From a virus (Duplodnaviria > Caudoviricetes): a DNA stretch of 34,603 nucleotides. A program made the translations under genes and the position numbers. Location: IMG/VR virus record IMGVR_UViG_3300043451_000112, positions 1 through 34,603 of that record; one strand, written 5' to 3'. Positions 16,971 to 22,836 of the stretch are shown here, one piece after another; within the stretch, counting starts at the first letter, position 1; every line of letters begins with the position of its first letter. Below the pieces are notes generated by a model, which worked only from the letters and a program-made list of their open reading frames with translations, made no database searches and had not been told where the DNA came from.

Positions 16971-17482
16971 AGGTTTTCTTGCGATAGTTTATATCCATAC
17001 TCTTCTTTAAAATGCAGTCCGTCAATTTTCATATCATAAGTAAAAAACTCTACGTATGTAATTGGCACGTCATTCTCAAATCTTTCAACACATGGATTTT
17101 TAAAAAAATCAGGTAAATAAACAATGTCTGATTTTGTATCTAATTCTGAAGCGCAAACAACAATTCTAAAATCATAATTCAAACAAGCGTTTCTTTTCTC
17201 TAAATACCTTGAAATTCCTTTTGCATATCTTAGAGCCTGCAAGAATGCGCTAACGCTAATTTTGTCTTGTTTTAATTCTAAAACTGTAATTAATCCATTC
17301 ATGCGTTCTTTGAAGTCTGGATGCTTAAATGGTCTTTGAATATAAACAAGGTCAGCAATACCATAATGTCCAATTCTTAACTGCCTAAATTGCTTTCCTT
17401 GTAAATAAAGACCTCTTTCAGCTAAAAAATGCTTGTTTGTTTCAAAAATGATTTGTTCCAAATCTTTCTCTAAAAATTTCAT
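16967..17482 (-). CDS. PD-(D/E)XK (NucS/RecB-like) nuclease-domain protein
   Basis: LEKDLE...GIADLV...VLELK...FLQALRY matches E...D...E-x-K...Q-x-x-x-Y. Confidence 0.7.
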   Translation of the reverse strand: MKFLEKDLEQIIFETNKHFLAERGLYLQGKQFRQLRIGHYGIADLVYIQRPFKHPDFKERMNGLITVLELKQDKISVSAFLQALRYAKGISRYLEKRNACLNYDFRIVVCASELDTKSDIVYLPDFFKNPCVERFENDVPITYVEFFTYDMKIDGLHFKEEYGYKLSQENL

Positions 17483-17504
17483 ACGTGCCGTATTAAAATA
17501 AAAT

Positions 17505-17598
17505 AAAAAAGCCATTTTAAATCCACAGCCTTCGACCTCTGTTTCATTAAAATGGCTCAATAATACCTATGGGTTTTATAATGTCGAAGGAAACCCGT
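17505..17598 (-). ncRNA. Structured leader RNA: two hairpins with complementary loops plus a terminator
   Basis: Stem 17571-76/17591-96 and 11-bp stem 17510-20/17547-57. The loops carry complementary CCTTCGAC/GTCGAAGG, and a U tract follows the second stem. Confidence 0.7.
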
Positions 17599-17601
17599 CA
17601 A

Positions 17602-17609
17602 CAAATATA
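17602..17609 (-). promoter_or_regulatory. Bacteroidota -7 promoter box for the replication operon
   Basis: TATATTTG, with a TTG 16 nt upstream. Confidence 0.7.
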
Positions 17610-17720
17610 CTAATCTATTTCAATACAAGGCTTTGTTAACCTTAAAATTCTGCAAACTTCCCGGTAAGAAATCTTGTGTCCTGGGCTCACAATGACCCGT
17701 TTTGAAGTTCGCCTATACAT
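17610..17720 (-). CDS. Small basic peptide (36 aa)
   Basis: MYRRTSKRVIVSPGHKISYREVCRILRLTKPCIEID*. Its start overlaps the end of the upstream gene. Confidence 0.4.
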   Translation of the reverse strand: MYRRTSKRVIVSPGHKISYREVCRILRLTKPCIEID

Positions 17721-17949
17721 TGCTTTTCACAATTTCATGGCAAACGCCGTTGTGCACTTCAATCTTACTTTCACGCTTGTAATTTTCGCAATAGACCTGC
17801 GAAAAAGTGGTTACAAATGAGTTTTGATTTACGTAAAACGTTTTAGTTCCTTCGCTTTGGCCGTCTTTAAGTTGGTTCTTAATGTGGTCAAGGAAGTCAT
17901 CTAGATTTTGCTCGCTAGTGTACTCAATAATGATTGTGGCGCGCTTCAT
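17713..17949 (-). CDS. Hypothetical protein
   Basis: Likely start MKRATIIIEY after an A-rich leader. Confidence 0.7.
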   Translation of the reverse strand: MKRATIIIEYTSEQNLDDFLDHIKNQLKDGQSEGTKTFYVNQNSFVTTFSQVYCENYKRESKIEVHNGVCHEIVKSNV

Positions 17950-17957
17950 GTTTTTCT

Positions 17958-18206
17958 TTACTTTCTCTCCGTATTCCATGTTTGTATGTATTTAGATCGT
18001 GACCAGATTAATTCGGCTTTCAAGGCGTTTATTTCATCGCTTGCTAGTTTGTTTTCAAAGCCTAATATACTTATTGCTGTTTCGTACAAATAGTTTACTT
18101 TTCTGTTTGGATGAGCCTTTCAAATGGCGTGTTTTCTGCGAATATCTTGCAAACCTTCAGTGTACTCAGGCTCAAATATCATGTAATTCACTCTAGGTTG
18201 TTGCAT
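17958..18206 (-). pseudogene. 83-codon reading frame interrupted by one in-frame TGA
   Basis: MQQPRVNYMIFEPEYTEGLQDIRRKHAI*KAHPNRKVNYLYETAISILGFENKLASDEINALKAELIWSRSKYIQTWNTERK*. The TGA is at 18120-18122. Confidence 0.6.
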
Positions 18207-18522
18207 CGTATGATATTGGATAAGTTATGGTTCCGAATGAATCTACTTTTAATCTTGGTGAAATTTTTACACCTCTTTGAACTAATTGGTAGCAATTGTA
18301 ATCAGCTCCTGAATAGATGTGCAACTTAATGCCGCGCCACCTTAGTTTGCCTTTTGTAATTTCTCCTTTTATGCCTGTTTTTAATAAATATGGCTCAAAA
18401 TATTCGTCAATCTTTTTTGACACCCATTTGGCTTTTCTGATTGCCGCCTGCTCCATTAAATCAAATATTTGAGATTCTGAATATGCCGGAAATTCATTTT
18501 TATATGTTGCTATTCGTTGCAT
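18193..18522 (-). CDS. Hypothetical protein
   Basis: 109 aa, TAATG-coupled to the upstream gene. Confidence 0.7.
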   Translation of the reverse strand: MQRIATYKNEFPAYSESQIFDLMEQAAIRKAKWVSKKIDEYFEPYLLKTGIKGEITKGKLRWRGIKLHIYSGADYNCYQLVQRGVKISPRLKVDSFGTITYPISYDATT

Positions 18523-18815
18523 TACTTACGTTTTAAAATTAATACTGTTTGTCGTTTTTCCCCTGAGTACCTAACGCCAACCACATGGAAAAACAAGCGG
18601 TTGTTTTTGGCGTTGTGGCTTTGGGTTATGTAGTGGATTTCGTCAAAATGATCGAGGCTTAGTCCATTAATCATATCCATGCGCTCGCCTGATAAATACC
18701 CGTGCAAAACATAGTCTTCAAGTTTAAACCAATCGGGCCCATAAGTGAACTGCGCGTCAACAATTCGGTAAGGCTCCAGGCGTTCGGCTATGCGGCGTGT
18801 TCTAATGATAGACAT
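18522..18815 (-). CDS. Hypothetical protein
   Basis: 97-aa ORF in the tightly packed early operon. Confidence 0.7.
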   Translation of the reverse strand: MSIIRTRRIAERLEPYRIVDAQFTYGPDWFKLEDYVLHGYLSGERMDMINGLSLDHFDEIHYITQSHNAKNNRLFFHVVGVRYSGEKRQTVLILKRK

Positions 18816-18900
18816 CGGCTAGGATTTTAATGATCATGATTAGGGTCATAAAGGCAATGATGCCTAGTATCAACCTGCGGTCGTTTTCAATGCGTTTCAT
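18802..18900 (-). CDS. Single-TM micropeptide (32 aa)
   Basis: MKRIENDRRLILGIIAFMTLIMIIKILADVYH*. Fills the gap between neighbours. Confidence 0.55.
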   Translation of the reverse strand: MKRIENDRRLILGIIAFMTLIMIIKILADVYH

Positions 18901-18904
18901 GGCT

Positions 18905-19153
18905 TTAGTGTTTTGAACTTGTCGGAAATTCCGAACAGTTGCTGTATTTGCGGTTATATACTCCTTCGGCGTACTTTGCCCAATCTCCCTTGAGCTCGTA
19001 GCTTACTTCTTGATAGGTTTGGTAATCAATCGTGTTTGCGTCGATTACAGGCGGTTTATTGGTTCGGCATAGGTAAATGAGTGCAACGGCGCCAATTAAG
19101 GCAACTGCGAGGCCTCCAATAAAGTCAGGGTCTTGTTTGATTAGTTTTAGCAT
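18905..19153 (-). CDS. Small membrane-anchored protein
   Basis: N-terminal TM segment FIGGLAVALIGAVALIYLC. Confidence 0.7.
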   Translation of the reverse strand: MLKLIKQDPDFIGGLAVALIGAVALIYLCRTNKPPVIDANTIDYQTYQEVSYELKGDWAKYAEGVYNRKYSNCSEFPTSSKH

Positions 19154-19248
19154 AACTGATAAATTAAATTGATGAGTAAAAAGATGAATACAACGATAGC
19201 CGTATAAAATGTGGCTTTGTAGGCTTGGATTAGTTTGCGCTCGTTCAT
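19147..19248 (-). CDS. Single-TM micropeptide (33 aa)
   Basis: MNERKLIQAYKATFYTAIVVFIFLLINLIYQLC*. ATGA-coupled to the upstream gene. Confidence 0.55.
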   Translation of the reverse strand: MNERKLIQAYKATFYTAIVVFIFLLINLIYQLC

Positions 19249-19520
19249 AGCTTAGAAATTACTTGTTTTAGACTTTCTTGGTACTGACTGCGCTGGCGAT
19301 TCCAATCGCTTATTTCCTCAGTCATGCGCTCGCGATGAATTTTAGGCAAGTGATTGAGTTTATATAGCTCATGGTCACAGATTTCAATCTGTCTGATTAG
19401 GTAAGAAGCCGAGTCGATTAACGGCTTTAGCTTGGTGATGTCCAAATCTTGCTGATCGTTTCCAAGTGCTGAAACTTGGCGGATTTCATCCCAAAAAAAG
19501 TTTGCGTTTAGTTGTTGCAT
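19245..19520 (-). CDS. Hypothetical early protein
   Basis: 91 aa, helical, with a typical leader. Confidence 0.7.
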   Translation of the reverse strand: MQQLNANFFWDEIRQVSALGNDQQDLDITKLKPLIDSASYLIRQIEICDHELYKLNHLPKIHRERMTEEISDWNRQRSQYQESLKQVISKL

Positions 19521-19555
19521 TGTGTTGGTTTTAGGGGTTATTAAGATTTTAGGTT

Positions 19556-19747
19556 TTATTTATAACATTCTTTGATAATAGTTTGAACTTCACTCAATTC
19601 TGTGTCATTCTTACAAATCCAAATTGCATAATCAAGGCAATAAGCTAAGCTTCTATTTCTTTCTTTACAAATTGCTAAAATGTAATTTGCTTTACTTAAA
19701 GAGATGTCTTTTTTTGATTCTGTTTTAGGTGTAGTTTGTGTTGTCAT
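19556..19747 (-). CDS. Hypothetical early protein (first gene of the early operon)
   Basis: 63 aa, directly after the main promoter region. Confidence 0.65.
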   Translation of the reverse strand: MTTQTTPKTESKKDISLSKANYILAICKERNRSLAYCLDYAIWICKNDTELSEVQTIIKECYK

Positions 19748-19786
19748 CTTGTTGGTTTTTAGTGTTTTTGTGTCTGTTTGACCTTA

Positions 19787-19812
19787 CAAATGTACTATAA
19801 ATATTTATAGTT
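19787..19812 (-). promoter_or_regulatory. Main early promoter with a perfect 18-bp palindromic operator
   Basis: Minus TACATTTG at 19787-19794; palindrome ACTATAAATATTTATAGT at 19794-19811. Confidence 0.75.
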
Positions 19813-19879
19813 GCAAATATTTTATGAAAAAAAGTGAAAATATTTTTTGCGGTGTGGTTTATTTGACTTGTAAGCAAAC

Positions 19880-19909
19880 AAAAAGCGGGCATTTAGAGCT
19901 GCCCGCTTT
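19880..19909 (-). terminator. Intrinsic terminator
   Basis: Minus AAAGCGGGCA-gctctaaa-TGCCCGCTTTTT. Confidence 0.85.
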
Positions 19910-19940
19910 AGTTAGGAATTTATGACACAATATCGTAAAG

Positions 19941-19948
19941 CAAATATA
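19941..19948 (-). promoter_or_regulatory. -7 promoter box between two terminators
   Basis: TATATTTG. Confidence 0.55.
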
Positions 19949-19951
19949 AAC

Positions 19952-19982
19952 AAAAAAAAGGCACCCTTGTTTGGATGCCTTT
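19952..19982 (-). terminator. Intrinsic terminator ending the late/lysis operon
   Basis: Minus AAAGGCATCC-aaacaag-GGTGCCTTTTTTTT. Confidence 0.85.
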
Positions 19983-20070
19983 CCTGCTAAAACCAAGTGA
20001 GTGATGTCCCTGCGCGCCGATGCTGTTACCTACCATTGCGCAGGAAACCATACACAACAACGGGGTGAAG

Positions 20071-20952
20071 TTACAAATTTCCGGGGAACTTCATTGAATC
20101 AATGTGTTTTGTAAACGTAGATTTTTTGCCTTTCTGGCTTCTGACGTTCTCTAAAGTGATAATTCGGCCGCCTATTGGTTTAGGTGGTGCACCTCTTTCG
20201 ATATGCCAACCGCCTGAGCCATCGCCGTATTCCTCTTTATACGTTCCGCAAATCATTAAGTGGATAGGCCTAAGGATTTGTTGATAGCTTCCTGCAACTG
20301 ATGCCAATGTGTCTCTTACCACCTCAGTTGCTTTATTCTCGTGAATGTGGCCGGTAAGTAGTATATCAAAGTTTTCGTAAAACTGCAAGGCTCTAGAGAG
20401 GTTTATCTCACCGCGGGTGATTACCCCACCGCCTCCACTTCCATGGAAATATTTTATCTTGACAAACACAGCTGTGTGAGTTCCTAGCTTAATGATTACC
20501 CAACCGCCATAACCTCCGATTTGAAGCTCGGCACCTGTTTTGTAATTGAATAGATCCACAAAGCGTCGCAATAAGTCCGTTTCTTGGTATTTTATGACTG
20601 AGGTCTCGTGATTACCGTATCCAACTAATAGCATGATTTTAGCGTAAGGTGCAAAGAAATCAACCGCCGTTTCAACAATTGAATCCAAATACCTTGCATT
20701 GTTATGCTCTGGCCTAATATCGTCTTTGCTTCCCCTGCGGTCTCCACGGCCTTGCATAAGGCAAAAGAAGTCACCAGGGAAAATGATGTAAATCTCGTTT
20801 TTAAGGCAGTAGTCTAGGTGTTTCTTGAGTAGCTCCCAATCGCACTTAGGGTTGTCCCAATGCAAATCGGACATGGCTGCAATCTTCACTTTTTTAGTGT
20901 TGAACTCAAAGAGATGAACATTTTTAGAATAGCGTTTGAATGAGGTCAACAT
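20071..20952 (-). CDS. Calcineurin-like metallophosphoesterase
   Basis: SDLH, GD, GNHE, HG and GHIH motifs in canonical order. Confidence 0.9.
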   Translation of the reverse strand: MLTSFKRYSKNVHLFEFNTKKVKIAAMSDLHWDNPKCDWELLKKHLDYCLKNEIYIIFPGDFFCLMQGRGDRRGSKDDIRPEHNNARYLDSIVETAVDFFAPYAKIMLLVGYGNHETSVIKYQETDLLRRFVDLFNYKTGAELQIGGYGGWVIIKLGTHTAVFVKIKYFHGSGGGGVITRGEINLSRALQFYENFDILLTGHIHENKATEVVRDTLASVAGSYQQILRPIHLMICGTYKEEYGDGSGGWHIERGAPPKPIGGRIITLENVRSQKGKKSTFTKHIDSMKFPGNL

Positions 20953-20963
20953 AGGTGAAGTGT

Positions 20964-21530
20964 TTAAGGTCTAAATGTTTTACGATAATCAGCTAAGCGA
21001 TTGAGCCAACCGCGTAGGAATTTTGCGTTTTTACCTACGCCAATAGCGTAAAAAAAGCGCTCGCGCTCTGCTGTCAAAGCGTCAAAAAGTTTTCTAGGTT
21101 CTATTGAGTTGGCTGCATTAATTGTTTGGTTGCCAATAATACCGTCAACTACGCATTTGACGCCGCAATGATTTATAGCAACTTGTAGAGATTTGGCCGC
21201 CTGACTTGCGCCGCTTCCCCATGCCATGCCGGTAACAAATATTGCAATGTTCTTAGATGTGTATAAATCGCCTTTAACACGATCCCAATAGCCAACTTTG
21301 AAGACTTTAAACCAATCTTCATGTGACATATTGAAAAAGCGAGCATCCGCATTTTTGCCGTAGAAATTGTGCCAAGCCGCGTATGTGATTCCCATATTGG
21401 TGTGCCAGCCTGTTTTGCCATTGTATGGCGTTGGGCATGGGTGTTTACTAGCTGAGTCAGCTTTGTCTCTTGATAGGCCGCCCTCCCATTTTTTAGTGAA
21501 GGCTACATATTTTACAAGTATTTCATCCAT
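20964..21530 (-). CDS. Endolysin, glycoside hydrolase family 108 with C-terminal peptidoglycan-binding domain
   Basis: KWEGG, TNMGIT, YWD, LQ...VDGIIG.QT and KFLRGWLNR. Confidence 0.9.
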   Translation of the reverse strand: MDEILVKYVAFTKKWEGGLSRDKADSASKHPCPTPYNGKTGWHTNMGITYAAWHNFYGKNADARFFNMSHEDWFKVFKVGYWDRVKGDLYTSKNIAIFVTGMAWGSGASQAAKSLQVAINHCGVKCVVDGIIGNQTINAANSIEPRKLFDALTAERERFFYAIGVGKNAKFLRGWLNRLADYRKTFRP

Positions 21531-22062
21531 TGATTGCAATATATCGTTTGATTGCTCGAATAACAATAATAAGCAAAAGAATCAGAGCGGTGCTGAAAAT
21601 AGACAACGCTACCCACTTCATTGCATCCGCAAAGCCGTTTTTATTCTCGCTTTGCGTTTGCTTGGTCTTATGCTTGGTTACTATCTTTTTTTCATGTGAC
21701 TTGATTTTTTGCCTTTTAAGCTCGTTTTTCAGCTTGGTTTCATACATTGCACGTATTTGTGTCAAACTATCCGCAAATCGCTTGTTATCGAACCGATAAA
21801 CCCATCTAGGAACGTATTTGATTTCAGTTCGTACTACTAAAGAGTCTTTGTATTTGATTACGGGATACGGCTTGCCGTCTTTCCACATTGTATCAATAGT
21901 GGCTACCTTGAAAGTATCCACATGAATGGTATGAATGTAGCCTTTGTTTACTGCCTTTTGGTGTAGTCGCTCGGCTGAGCATCCATACATCAGGAAACTC
22001 CAAAGCATGACAAATGCGGCGTAAATCAGAAAGTAAACTATTGTTGTGCGTACAGGTCTCAT
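21523..22062 (-). CDS. Putative spanin (lipoprotein signal plus C-terminal TM)
   Basis: Hydrophobic signal ending MYGC and C-terminal WVALSIFSTALILLLIIVI-RAIKR. Located between holin and endolysin. Confidence 0.55.
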   Translation of the reverse strand: MRPVRTTIVYFLIYAAFVMLWSFLMYGCSAERLHQKAVNKGYIHTIHVDTFKVATIDTMWKDGKPYPVIKYKDSLVVRTEIKYVPRWVYRFDNKRFADSLTQIRAMYETKLKNELKRQKIKSHEKKIVTKHKTKQTQSENKNGFADAMKWVALSIFSTALILLLIIVIRAIKRYIAING

Positions 22063-22484
22063 TTCAGCTCCTCTAATTGTTCCTTGCTTCGTTTCACAAA
22101 TGCGATAAACTTATCCCATACATTTACGCCTGTGACGCTGTGATAGCTTTCGTTTATACTCTTTACCTCAGTAACTACGCAAAAGAACGTGAACGCCTTT
22201 GTTAGTACCAAATCAATAGCAATGAAATGGCCTAGAATATCGGCAACAACGTATTTTTCAAGTAGAAAGATAAAGGTGATAGCTCCAGAGTAAAGCAATG
22301 TTTTTGAAATGGTGTGCGATAGCCTTCTAGATCGTATTGACTTCCAACCTTGTTTTTTGACGCTTCGCCAAATCCCAAAACAGGTGTCTAGAATGATTGA
22401 AGCAATTGCGAGTAAGATAAGCGGCGTAATTGGAGCGAGTACGCTAACAAGGGAGAAAAGTAAGAGAGTCAATTTAGTTTTCAT
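22059..22484 (-). CDS. Holin (phage holin 4-like)
   Basis: Several TM segments and an IILDTCFGI...IRSRRL...K...Y...EVKSINES pattern. Confidence 0.85.
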   Translation of the reverse strand: MKTKLTLLLFSLVSVLAPITPLILLAIASIILDTCFGIWRSVKKQGWKSIRSRRLSHTISKTLLYSGAITFIFLLEKYVVADILGHFIAIDLVLTKAFTFFCVVTEVKSINESYHSVTGVNVWDKFIAFVKRSKEQLEELK

Positions 22485-22836
22485 TTGTCGGTAAATTTAG
22501 AAAAATTGGCTCAAACTCCTCATTAACTGCGTGTCCCGCAAATGCGTGCTTTGGGTTCTTTGGTTCGACAAGGTTAGCTCCGAAGTCATAGGTATTGTCC
22601 GACATTACATCGTAGTGGTATCCGTCTGCGTAGATAGGTTCTTCGACTACTTCCATTCCATCCATTACGGGAGTGGTTAAGAGTATGAGACCGATTTCGA
22701 CCACCGCCTGCACTCCGTTTCCGTATGCTTCGTGTTTTTGTCCGTTGAACTCCACCTCAACAAGAATGCCTTTAGCTTTCAAGTCTGCGAGTGCTTGTTC
22801 CTTGTCTGAATAAGTAAGTTTATATATGTTCGTCAT
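22474..22836 (-). CDS. Tail-fibre-associated small protein
   Basis: ATGA-coupled to the fibre gene, with DGYHYDVM...PKNPKHAFAG. Confidence 0.55.
   Translation of the reverse strand: MTNIYKLTYSDKEQALADLKAKGILVEVEFNGQKHEAYGNGVQAVVEIGLILLTTPVMDGMEVVEEPIYADGYHYDVMSDNTYDFGANLVEPKNPKHAFAGHAVNEEFEPIFLNLPTNEN

Noticed and set aside
17958-18206. Genome-wide TGA recoding
   Set aside because: Many genes end in TGA with ATGA coupling, and the long genes are uninterrupted in the standard code.
19750-20070. tRNA genes in the large intergenic region
   Set aside because: No cloverleaf or T-loop GTTCRA consensus was found. The hairpins are explained as terminators or other structures.
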